45,272 bases of DNA from an uncultured Flavobacteriaceae bacterium (GTDB taxonomy: Bacteria > Bacteroidota > Bacteroidia > Flavobacteriales > Flavobacteriaceae). The stretch is from assembly GCA_937937185.1 (NCBI GenBank), contig CALDCO010000103.1:1-45272 (forward strand). The letters run 5' to 3'. Within the stretch, counting starts at the first letter, position 1, and each line of letters opens with the position of its first letter. Shown in pieces: positions 37,045 through 45,272 of this stretch. The notes under the pieces were generated by a model. The model was given only the letters and a program-made list of their open reading frames with translations, was not told where the DNA came from and searched no databases. Position numbers and translations under genes: made by a program.

Positions 37045-37191
37045 AATGTCTCACACCACCGTGCGAAATGTATTGCTTGGTTTTAGCTAATTAAAAAAGT
37101 CTTAGAGAATTTTCTATCTATGTTTTTGTTAACTTTAGTCATTAAATAACCGAATAGTAAATTATTGATCATATCAATAAAAAAATAATCA

Positions 37192-38334
37192 ATGAAAATA
37201 GGAATTGTTTGTTACCCAACTTTTGGAGGTAGTGGTGTCGTTGCCACAGAATTAGGTTTAGAATTGTCTAAGCGTGGTCATGAGATTCATTTTATCACTT
37301 ATAACCAACCTGTTCGCTTAGAATTACTTAGTAATAATGTACATTATCATGAGGTTACTGTTCCAGAATATCCTTTGTTTCATTACCAACCCTATGAATT
37401 AGCATTGTCTAGTAAGTTAGTCGATATGGTGAAGCTTCATCGCATCGAAATATTACATGTGCATTATGCCATTCCGCATGCTTATGCGGCGTATATGGCA
37501 CAAAAAATGCTAAGAGAAGAAGAAATATACGTTCCAATCGTTACCACTTTACATGGTACAGATATTACGCTGGTAGGAAGTCACCCTTTTTACAAACCGG
37601 CAGTAACCTTTAGTATTAATAAATCTGATGCCGTTACAGCAGTCTCCGAAAGTTTAAAAGAGGACACCTTACGTTTATTTAATATTAAAAACACGATTAA
37701 CGTGGTCACTAATTTTATAGACCTTAAAAAGTTTACGCATAGTTTTACAGATTGTAAACGGGATATGATGGCTACAGAAGAAGAAAAAATAGTCACACAT
37801 ATTAGTAATTTTAGGCCTGTTAAACGCATACCAGATGTTATAGAAACGTTTTATCGCATTCAAAAAGAAATCCCAGCGAAGCTAATGATGGTTGGTGAAG
37901 GGCCTGAAAAGAAACCTGCAGAGCAGCTTTGTAAAAAGTTAGGGATTTTAGATAAAGTTATATTTTTTGGAAATAGTAATGAAATAGACCGCATTCTATG
38001 TTTTAGCGACTTGTTTTTATTGCCTTCTGAGGCAGAAAGTTTCGGGTTATCTGCACTCGAAGCGATGGCATCAGGAGTTCCAGTTATATCAAGCAATACT
38101 GGGGGAATACCAGAAGTAAATAAACAAGGCTATTCAGGATATTTAAGTGCTGTAGGCGATATTGACGAAATGAGTAAAAATGCTTTGAAAATTTTAAAAG
38201 AGGACTCCCTTTTAGATGAATTTAAAAAGAATGCCAAATTGCAGGCCAAAAAATTCGATATTTACCAAATAGTGCCTCAGTATGAAGCCATTTATGAAAA
38301 AACATTAGCAGAATGTTTGGCGAGTAAAACGTAG
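37192..38334 (+). CDS. bshA: N-acetyl-alpha-D-glucosaminyl L-malate synthase (bacillithiol biosynthesis GT4)
   Basis: MKIGIVCYPTFGGSGVVATELGLELSKRGHEIHFI is a typical BshA N-terminus. The GT4 E-x7-E region is EAESFGLSALEAMASGVPVI. Confidence 0.8.
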   Translation: MKIGIVCYPTFGGSGVVATELGLELSKRGHEIHFITYNQPVRLELLSNNVHYHEVTVPEYPLFHYQPYELALSSKLVDMVKLHRIEILHVHYAIPHAYAAYMAQKMLREEEIYVPIVTTLHGTDITLVGSHPFYKPAVTFSINKSDAVTAVSESLKEDTLRLFNIKNTINVVTNFIDLKKFTHSFTDCKRDMMATEEEKIVTHISNFRPVKRIPDVIETFYRIQKEIPAKLMMVGEGPEKKPAEQLCKKLGILDKVIFFGNSNEIDRILCFSDLFLLPSEAESFGLSALEAMASGVPVISSNTGGIPEVNKQGYSGYLSAVGDIDEMSKNALKILKEDSLLDEFKKNAKLQAKKFDIYQIVPQYEAIYEKTLAECLASKT

Positions 38335-38429
38335 TTATTTTAACTTAATCGGTATCTCACCATTCATATAAGAAAAACAATACGCCTTCTCGTCATTCTG
38401 TCCAAAAACTTCGGGACAAAATGTCGCTT

Positions 38430-38468
38430 AAAAAACACCTTGTTTTTCTTAAAAGTTTAAATGACTTC
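38430..38468. repeat. Solo right-end fragment related to family C
   Basis: aaaaaacacc...ttaaaagtttaaatgacttc resembles the right ends of 7406-7566 and 39347-39507 (ataaaaacac...aaaaaagtttaaa.cacttc). Confidence 0.35.
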
Positions 38469-38510
38469 AACAAAAAAAGAAAAGACCACTATATTTTCAA
38501 CGAAAGGTTA

Positions 38511-38702
38511 CTAAATTAACGTGAGTTCGACACAAGAAAATTTACGTCACAGTGATTTTCGATAGAAAATTTTATCGAAGACCAATAATTTTTCAATCAA
38601 AGCCTAATTTCGATACAATTTTTCTTCGTTTCACTTTGAAAAATCACTCAATTTGACGGCTTTTTCATTCTAAATCCTTAGGTCGAACTCACGTTAAATT
38701 AC
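38511..38702. mobile_element. Family-A MITE-like hairpin element, copy 2 (~190 bp)
   Basis: The termini ...ttaacgtgagttcgac ... gtcgaactcacgttaa... form a perfect 16-bp inverted repeat. The element is collinear with 31567-31761. It ends 13 nt from the OMP stop codon. Confidence 0.75.
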
Positions 38703-38714
38703 ATTAATGTAATA

Positions 38715-39194
38715 CTAAAATTGATACCTAATACCTAGTGCAATATCGAAGCCTAAATCGTTATTAGAGTTGCCAAAACCAATTTCAGGTCTAAAATCTA
38801 AAGATAATAATAGCGGGAAATCAAAATCATACTCAATTCCTATATCCCCCGCGCCAAAAACAAAAGTGTCATTAACATCTTGGTCTCCATTTTCTACTGA
38901 AAAAGACCCCAGACCACCACCAGCTCCAACATACCAGTTAAAGTTTCCATCCAGTTGCCAAACCCATTGGTATAAACCTGCTAGCTTAAAACCAGAAAAA
39001 TTATTTCCAGAACGCCATCCTAAGTCAAATTCTCCTCTATTATTATCCCCAAAAGCACGTTGATAAGAGATTTCTGCACCAAAACCATCATCATCACCAA
39101 TACGCAAACCAAGCGCATTGTCTGATATTGACTGACTGTAAGCTAAAGTGCTAAAGCTTAACGCTATTATAGCAAATAAAATAAGTGTCTTCAT
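38715..39194 (-). CDS. Small outer-membrane beta-barrel protein
   Basis: ATG 39194 gives MKTLILFAIIALSFSTLAYSQ (signal peptide). The upstream TTG at 39224 is unlikely to be the start. Gly/aromatic-rich beta strands. The C-terminal IRYQF has a terminal Phe. Confidence 0.65.
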   Translation of the reverse strand: MKTLILFAIIALSFSTLAYSQSISDNALGLRIGDDDGFGAEISYQRAFGDNNRGEFDLGWRSGNNFSGFKLAGLYQWVWQLDGNFNWYVGAGGGLGSFSVENGDQDVNDTFVFGAGDIGIEYDFDFPLLLSLDFRPEIGFGNSNNDLGFDIALGIRYQF

Positions 39195-39346
39195 GTGTTT
39201 TTTGATTTTAAAAAACTCATTCAAACCGAAAACATTTGAATGCGTTTATTTAGCTAATCTAAAAAAGAAAAAACTATTAAAAAACATTTTGACTTAATCT
39301 TTTGCGAATCTTAGGCATGCAAGTATTAAATTTGCAAATATCTAAT

Positions 39347-39507
39347 GAAGTGGTTTTACACTTTTTTTAATTTGCTAAAAAGATGCTTTTTTGCGTCCAT
39401 ATTTCACGATTTTTGACTTATGTAGCGCTGCTAAGCAACATAAAAATGCTATATCTAGTCACAAAAACACTACTTTTCACATAAATCAAAAAAGTTTAAA
39501 TCACTTC
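39347..39507. mobile_element. Family-C MITE-like repeat, copy 2 (161 bp)
   Basis: gaagtggttttacacttttttt ... aaaaaagtttaaatcacttc. Collinear with 7406-7566 and the same length. It ends 10 nt before the ATG at 39518. Confidence 0.7.
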
Positions 39508-39517
39508 AATATTTAAA

Positions 39518-42457
39518 ATGCCAATGATCGCTAATGTGCAAGAAAAATTAATACAATTAAGCAAAAACTTGTCTGGCGAGTTGCTTTTTGATGAGTTAAT
39601 ACTCGCTTTATACGCTACTGACGCTTCTGTATACAGAAAACGCCCCCTGGCTGTAGCGTATCCTAAAACAAATGCGGACATAAAGGCAATCATTAATTTT
39701 GCTAGTAATAATGGTACTAGTATTATTCCCAGAACCGCAGGAACTTCTTTGGCCGGACAGTGTGTAGGAGACGGCATTGTTGTTGATGTTTCTAAGTACT
39801 TTACACGTATCGTAGCCTTTAATGAGAAAGCACAAACTGTTACGGTACAACCGGGCGTGGTTAGAGATGTACTTAATATTTTTTTGAAACCTTATGGGCT
39901 TTTTTTTGGGCCCAATACCTCCACCTCTAACCGCTGTATGATTGGAGGAATGGTAGGCAATAACTCTTCAGGAACAACCTCAATAAAATATGGGGTGACT
40001 AGAGATAAACTCATTGCACTGAATACCATTTTAAGCGATGGGAGTGAGGTTGTTTTTTCTGAAATTTCACTAAACGAATTTAAAAACAAAACAAAATTGA
40101 AGACCCTCGAGGGCAATATATATAAAGCCATTCATGAGGAATTCTTGTCAAAAACTGTGCAAGATGGTATAATAAACGAGTTTCCCAAACCAGAAATACA
40201 CAGGCGAAATACGGGGTATGCCTTAGATGAATTAATCGATAATGAAGTGTTTAAAAAAACACCGAAAAAAATGAATCTCTCTAAGTTTCTATCTGGTAGT
40301 GAAGGCACTTTGGCCTTCACGACTCAAATTACACTTAAATTAGATAAACTTCCTCCAACTAAAACCACAATTATAGCCGCACATTTTAACGCTATTGAAG
40401 CCTGTTTAAAAAGTGTAGAACTGGTCATGCAGCATGATTTATATACTTGTGAAATGATGGATAAAACCATTTTAGATTGCACCAAGTATAATAAATCGCA
40501 ACAAGAGAACAGAAAATTTATAGTAGGCGATCCTGAAGCGATTTTAATGTGCGAAGTACGTGCTAATACAGAAGAAGATTTAACAGAGAAGGTAAATCGA
40601 TTATTAAAAACATTAGAGGATTCTAAATATAGCTATGCCAATGAAATATTAAAAGGTCAGGAGGTTAATAATGCGGGAGAATTAAGAAAAGCGGGTTTAG
40701 GACTTTTAGGAAATATTATTGGTGATAAAAAAGCAGTAGCCTGTATTGAAGATACTGCCGTGGCTTTGCCAGACTTAGCCAATTATATTAAAGACTTTTC
40801 TAATTTAATGAAAACGTACCAACAAGACGCCGTATATTATGCACACGCAGGTGCAGGTGAATTACATTTACGTCCCATTTTAAATCTTAAAAGAAAAGAA
40901 GATGTCGTTTTGTTTAAAAAAATAACCACAGATGTGGCTCATCTCGTAAAAAAATATAAAGGTTCTTTTAGTGGCGAACATGGCGATGGGATTGTTCGTT
41001 CGGAATACCTTTCATTTATGGTAGGAGAGGCGAACTATAAACTAATGAAACGCTTAAAAACCGTTTTCGATCCTAGTCGCATTTTTAACCCAGGAAAAAT
41101 TATAGAGGCCTACCCTATGAATGAGAATTTAAGGTATGTTGTAGATCGAGAAGAACCAATTATTAATACCATGATGGATTTTTCTGACTCTCAAGGAATA
41201 CTTCGAGAAGCAGAAAAGTGTAACGGCTCTGGAGACTGCAGGAAATTAGCCGAATTTGGTGGCACAATGTGCCCAAGTTATAGGGCTACTAGAAATGAAA
41301 AGGACACAACCAGAGCAAGAGCCAATGCATTAAGAGAATTCTTAACCCAGTCTAATAAAACCAATAAATTTAATCATGAAGCACTAAAAGAAGTTTTCGA
41401 TTTATGCTTAAGTTGCAAAGCTTGTGCTTCAGAGTGCCCAAGTAGTGTAGATGTCGCCGCTTTAAAGGCCGAATTTTTATATCAATATCAAAAAGAAAAT
41501 GGAATCGCCTTAAGAACCAAGTTATTTGCATATAACAATAGCCTTAATCGTTTTGGGCGTTATTTTTTAGGGGTTACAAACTTTATGTTTTCTAATAAAA
41601 GAACATCTATTTTGATAAAGAACAGTTTAGGAGTAGCCAAAAAACGAAGTTTGCCATTGCTTTCTCATAAAACATTAAGCAAACTATTTGATGCATTTGA
41701 AAAACAGCGACCTGAAAAAGACTACCTTAAAACCGTTTATTTATTTAATGATGAATTTACCAATCAATTAGACGCTTCTATAGGTGCTGATGCCATTTAT
41801 TTGTTAGAGGCTTTAAATTATAAAGTTAAAATGATTGATAATGCTGAATCTGGTCGCGCCTTTATTTCTAAAGGATTATTAGGGCAAGCAAAAAAAATGG
41901 CGAATCAAAATATTGCTAAATATAAAAACCTTATTTCAGAAGATGTTGTTTTAATTGGAATAGAACCATCTGCGATATTAACATTTAAAGACGATTATTT
42001 AAAGTTAGCAGATGATAAAATTTCAGCAAAAAAAATAGCGAATAACACCTTATTAATTGAAGAATTTTTAAGCAATGAAATTGCTATAGGTAATATAAAA
42101 TCGTCTCAGTTTAGTAAAGTGCATAAAACAATTAAATTTCATGGGCATTGCCACCAAAAAGCGCAGAGTAATCAAATACATAGTTTTAATGTTTTAAATT
42201 TACCACAAAATTATACGGTTACCATAATACCTAGTGGTTGTTGCGGTATGGCAGGGAGTTTTGGCTACGAAAAAGAACATTATAAAGTAAGTATGCAGGT
42301 TGGAGAACAAGTCTTATTTCCTGCCATTAGGAAAGCTAAAGAACACATTATCATCTCGGCAAACGGTACAAGTTGCAGGCACCAAATAAAAGATGGGACG
42401 CAACGACTTGCATTGCATCCCATTTCTATATTAAAAAAGGCTTTAGTAGTGCCTTAA
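39518..42457 (+). CDS. FAD-linked oxidase fused to a 4Fe-4S/CCG-domain protein (YdiJ-like, GlcD+GlcF-type 2-hydroxyacid dehydrogenase)
   Basis: N-terminal FAD-binding PCMH-type domain (IIPRTAGTSLAGQ). Cys clusters CNGSGDCRK...CPSY and CLSCKACASECPS. C-terminal Cys-rich CCG-like repeats (GHCHQKA, SGCCGMAGSFGYE). 979 aa. Confidence 0.8.
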   Translation: MPMIANVQEKLIQLSKNLSGELLFDELILALYATDASVYRKRPLAVAYPKTNADIKAIINFASNNGTSIIPRTAGTSLAGQCVGDGIVVDVSKYFTRIVAFNEKAQTVTVQPGVVRDVLNIFLKPYGLFFGPNTSTSNRCMIGGMVGNNSSGTTSIKYGVTRDKLIALNTILSDGSEVVFSEISLNEFKNKTKLKTLEGNIYKAIHEEFLSKTVQDGIINEFPKPEIHRRNTGYALDELIDNEVFKKTPKKMNLSKFLSGSEGTLAFTTQITLKLDKLPPTKTTIIAAHFNAIEACLKSVELVMQHDLYTCEMMDKTILDCTKYNKSQQENRKFIVGDPEAILMCEVRANTEEDLTEKVNRLLKTLEDSKYSYANEILKGQEVNNAGELRKAGLGLLGNIIGDKKAVACIEDTAVALPDLANYIKDFSNLMKTYQQDAVYYAHAGAGELHLRPILNLKRKEDVVLFKKITTDVAHLVKKYKGSFSGEHGDGIVRSEYLSFMVGEANYKLMKRLKTVFDPSRIFNPGKIIEAYPMNENLRYVVDREEPIINTMMDFSDSQGILREAEKCNGSGDCRKLAEFGGTMCPSYRATRNEKDTTRARANALREFLTQSNKTNKFNHEALKEVFDLCLSCKACASECPSSVDVAALKAEFLYQYQKENGIALRTKLFAYNNSLNRFGRYFLGVTNFMFSNKRTSILIKNSLGVAKKRSLPLLSHKTLSKLFDAFEKQRPEKDYLKTVYLFNDEFTNQLDASIGADAIYLLEALNYKVKMIDNAESGRAFISKGLLGQAKKMANQNIAKYKNLISEDVVLIGIEPSAILTFKDDYLKLADDKISAKKIANNTLLIEEFLSNEIAIGNIKSSQFSKVHKTIKFHGHCHQKAQSNQIHSFNVLNLPQNYTVTIIPSGCCGMAGSFGYEKEHYKVSMQVGEQVLFPAIRKAKEHIIISANGTSCRHQIKDGTQRLALHPISILKKALVVP

Positions 42458-42462
42458 TTTAA

Positions 42463-43353
42463 CTATTGAATCGTAAAGCTTGTAAGCTCTTGAATATTAG
42501 TTACTGAAGAACTTGAAGGGAAATTACTTATATCTACACCTGCTTGTTCTAATGCCATTAGTGTTTCTGCATTAATCATAAACGTAGTATTCGCCTCACT
42601 TCGTACAAGGCCTATTTCCTTAGCAATATAATAATCAATAGACAAAAAGTCCTGAGTATCTAATATTGGAAGTTCAACAGGAAGTCCTGGAATCACTTCT
42701 ACAGTAGCGATTACAGACACGACTAGACTTAGATTAGATTTTACAACATTATTGTAATCCTCTCCATTTAAATTAATAGTATTTAACTGTCCCGCTTGAG
42801 TTGTACTTAGAGTATATGTTGTTGTTATAGGGAAATTTTCAAAAGTACTTTCAATAGTCCCTGTAAAACTGGAAAGCATGCTACTATTAGGTGCATTTAA
42901 GTTGTATAATATAAGATTATCGAAAGGAATAACAATATCTAATTCTGGAATAGGAATTACTAACTCTCCTGTTGTAGATAAATTAGTTTCAGTTTTATTC
43001 ATCGTGTTTTCTTCTAAAATAAAACGATTCATTGTGCCATTTGCAACATTATCTTCATTTACTCCAAAAGTAAAAGTATTTAAATTCTCAGATTCAATAT
43101 ACAAACGATCTGTTGAGTTTGTTGTTTCATTAGTATCGTTATTAGTATTAATAACGTCATAATTCCATTCGCTATCTAGTGTGGATGGAAAAAAGTTGAT
43201 AAGATTGGGATCATCATCATCGTCATCATTATCATCAGTGTCCGTGTCAGGATCTGTTACTACAACTACTCCTGTGTCGTCAACAGGTTCATCCTCACAT
43301 GAAAAGCTTAATATGAATAATAATGAAAAGAGGGAATATTTTAATAGTTTCAT
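42463..43353 (-). CDS. Lipoprotein of unknown function with a poly-acidic linker
   Basis: Lipobox LSFSC followed by EDEPVDD and TDPDTDTDDNDDDDDD. Paralogous to 43720-44571. Confidence 0.7.
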   Translation of the reverse strand: MKLLKYSLFSLLFILSFSCEDEPVDDTGVVVVTDPDTDTDDNDDDDDDPNLINFFPSTLDSEWNYDVINTNNDTNETTNSTDRLYIESENLNTFTFGVNEDNVANGTMNRFILEENTMNKTETNLSTTGELVIPIPELDIVIPFDNLILYNLNAPNSSMLSSFTGTIESTFENFPITTTYTLSTTQAGQLNTINLNGEDYNNVVKSNLSLVVSVIATVEVIPGLPVELPILDTQDFLSIDYYIAKEIGLVRSEANTTFMINAETLMALEQAGVDISNFPSSSSVTNIQELTSFTIQ

Positions 43354-43719
43354 ATAATTTTAGGTAATAATTAATTAGTTGAAATTTTAAGCTAAAATAA
43401 TTTTTATTTCCTAGTATAAAGATTAATTATGAATTTTCTACAGTTTAAACGCTGAAATTATAAAAATAACGTTAAAATAAACTTTTATGAATAAATTTTT
43501 TATGAAACAAGCTATAAATGCCCCGTTAAGCTAACAAACTCATCTTGAATTATTCTTTTACCTGCAAAAGCTAAATTTTTCGCTTAAAAATAATTCAAGA
43601 GCATTAAATACAATAGCGAGTTGAATACAATTTATAGAAAACGTATTGCATAAAATATAAAATTTAGGATACAAAATCGTAAGACCTCATGATATCCTTA
43701 TTTATTAAATTTAATGATA

Positions 43720-44571
43720 TTAATTTACAGTGAAACTGGTTAAATTTTGTGTGTTTTGGGTTGAAATGTTTTCAGGAATTTGACTTACATCTATATCTGG
43801 TAACGATTGCAAAAGCATCAAAGTCTCACTGTTTAATGTAATGGTCGTATCGGCTTCAGATTTTATAAGGCCAATATTTTTTCCATAATAGTTATTAATT
43901 ACCAGAGTTTCTTGTTCATCTATAATAGGTCTATTTCCTACTAAAGGTAAAGCAATATCTATGACCATAGTTAGAACAAAATTAGCCTGGGTTACCTCAT
44001 CATAACTTTGTCCATTTAAATCAATACTGGTCCAATTTTTAATGTGATTGGTTTTAAGTGTGTAATTTATGGTTACAGGAAATGATTGAACGGTTTGATT
44101 AATGGTTCCCATAAAAGTTGATAACTCAGAACCATCAGGCGCTTGGGTGTTAAGTAAAACGGCATTATTGTATGGAATATTAATATCTTCAAGTCCATCA
44201 ATCGAGAATACGAGCTGGCCATTTGCGGACAGCGTTGTATCTGTCTTGTTTAAAATTCCATTTGTTAATACACTATTCATTGTTCCATTAGAAATGCTAT
44301 TGTCATTCACATCTAATTCAAAGGAAGTCTCATTTGGTGTGTCTACAAACAGGCGATCTGTAGCATTTATAGTTTCATCTGTTGTGTTATCTTTACTTGT
44401 TACATCGTAATTCCATTCGTTGTCTGCTTTAGACGGGAAAAAATCTCCTGAAAGCGGATTGACTTGCATTCCATCATCATCACCATTAGAATCATTAGCA
44501 TCATCATCCGTACATGAAGCCATGAATAACAGTAAAAAAATGGAGAAAAATATTTGTTTTGTTAATTTCAT
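43720..44571 (-). CDS. Lipoprotein of unknown function, paralog of the preceding gene
   Basis: Lipobox FMASC followed by TDDDANDSNGDDD. Blocks shared with the paralog: FFPS..D.EWNYDV, TDRL, NGTMN, YTL, LNG..Y, IGL..SEA.T and LTSFT. Confidence 0.7.
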   Translation of the reverse strand: MKLTKQIFFSIFLLLFMASCTDDDANDSNGDDDGMQVNPLSGDFFPSKADNEWNYDVTSKDNTTDETINATDRLFVDTPNETSFELDVNDNSISNGTMNSVLTNGILNKTDTTLSANGQLVFSIDGLEDINIPYNNAVLLNTQAPDGSELSTFMGTINQTVQSFPVTINYTLKTNHIKNWTSIDLNGQSYDEVTQANFVLTMVIDIALPLVGNRPIIDEQETLVINNYYGKNIGLIKSEADTTITLNSETLMLLQSLPDIDVSQIPENISTQNTQNLTSFTVN

Positions 44572-44769
44572 GCTATTGAGTTTTGTAACAAAATTAACTA
44601 TTATTTGGTTAATTCCTAATATTGTAGTTGTTTTCTTACTAGTATTTAGTGCATTAAAACAAACAAACTGTTACAAAAACACAAAAATAGCCTTAGTGTA
44701 TTTTAATTGTAATGAGGTTTTGAATAGCGATTTCTTTGGTTGAATATATAGGATGATTTTAATCTTTAT

Positions 44770-44935
44770 CAGCCGTAAGCAGAAGGCCCTCCCTGAGGCT
44801 CATGTCCGGCCCTATATACTGATGATAATAGTGCCAAATGGGGCCCAAGTTTTCAGAATATCGATGGTTGAAGGTTACCTAGATCACTAGCCCCTCATGG
44901 GTCCGTAATTAAATAAACAAAGCCCCATGCAAATC
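44770..44935 (+). other. GC-richer ORF-free core with nested helices: candidate structured RNA or foreign-DNA remnant (identity unknown)
   Basis: No ORF of 60 aa or more in any frame from 44744 to the window end. Helices: 44791-44798/44893-44901 (8 bp plus one bulge); nested 44808-44815/44838-44845 (8 bp including one G-U, valid only on the plus strand); alternative 44838-44844/44922-44928 (7 bp). Confidence 0.3.
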
Positions 44936-45229
44936 TCACGAAGCATTTATTTATTCAAAGTTCATTGAGCAATAAAGCGACTCTGAATCTGTTTTTACTA
45001 ATTAATTAAGCTCGATTGCAGCCCTACTATATTGCAACGGTTCCGTTAATCCGAGAATTAGTTCAGCAAATTGGAAGGCGAGTGTGTTTGCAATGTGATA
45101 TTTGCTCATACGGTTTTATTTCATAAATTTCACAGGCGTGTTTTACTTTTATTTCGCAAGCTCATAGTCATGATTTTTGACATTAGATTATACAGCAGAA
45201 TTTAGCTTATTTTATTATATTTCATTAAC

Positions 45230-45243
45230 AATTGAGCTCAATT
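45230..45243. repeat. Perfect 14-bp palindrome aattgagctcaatt
   Basis: Read directly from the sequence. It is self-complementary over all 14 positions and lies in the ORF-free terminal region. Confidence 0.9.
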
Positions 45244-45272
45244 TCAAAATTTGTATTCAGATAGAGTAACAC

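Noticed and set aside
44775-44850. Superficial resemblance to TPP (cugag...cugau.a.aaua.ugcca) and SAM-I (uuaucag...ggcccuau..ugauga...gugccaaau) riboswitch cores
   Set aside because: The required helices cannot be formed: there is no CUGG/CCAG P4-P5 stem for TPP and no GGCAC partner for the GUGCC P3 strand of SAM-I. The invariant CUGAGA is CUGAGG here. The match is therefore treated as chance.
45075-45115. Possible group II intron domain V (ending ...cauacgguu)
   Set aside because: The 5' strand needed to pair with cauacgg (ccguaug) is absent, since the sequence reads gagugug. There is no GUGYG 5' end and no reverse-transcriptase ORF nearby.
1-45272. Search for a prophage, integrative element, toxin-antitoxin, restriction-modification, retron, DGR or other defence island
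   Set aside because: No integrase, recombinase, transposase, reverse transcriptase, nuclease/ATPase pairs, capsid/terminase genes or tRNA attachment sites are present. Every ORF of 150 aa or more is accounted for by housekeeping or envelope functions.

Overview
Low-GC chromosomal segment of the Flavobacteriia type (Bacteroidota). This placement rests on a T9SS C-terminal sorting domain, TAnnTTTG-type promoter boxes, bshA and overall gene content. About 30 real genes are present and most are housekeeping: a partial UvrD/PcrA helicase, a thrA-thrB-thrC operon, the Nnr NAD(P)HX repair enzyme, a CCA-adding enzyme, CtaA, TsaC plus a YciO-like paralog, BshA, a YdiJ-like FAD/Fe-S oxidoreductase and a GH3/beta-lactamase-fold fusion. 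Accessory or envelope genes are interleaved with these: two tandem TPR-TM-LuxR regulators, a 1349-aa M43 metalloprotease/PKD/T9SS protein, a CRTAC1-like FG-GAP protein, a methyltransferase/GT2/GT4 trio, two small beta-barrel OMPs, two paralogous acidic lipoproteins and two orphan secreted proteins. I found no rRNA, tRNA, CRISPR array, transposase, integrase, phage gene or recognisable defence gene, and no convincing novel multi-gene system. The features that ordinary ORF annotation would miss are all non-coding or very small. They are: (1) an unlisted 37-codon Thr/Ile-rich leader ORF upstream of thrA; (2) at least three families of short repeated elements with terminal inverted repeats (MITE-like), one of them sitting 5' of both OMP genes next to a promoter-like box; (3) a GxxExxY gene remnant bracketed by inverted repeats; (4) a heptamer microsatellite overlapping the thrA stop codon; (5) a GC-richer, ORF-free ~0.5 kb stretch at the right edge with nested GC-rich helices. 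All homology calls come from motif recognition by eye, because no searches could be run.
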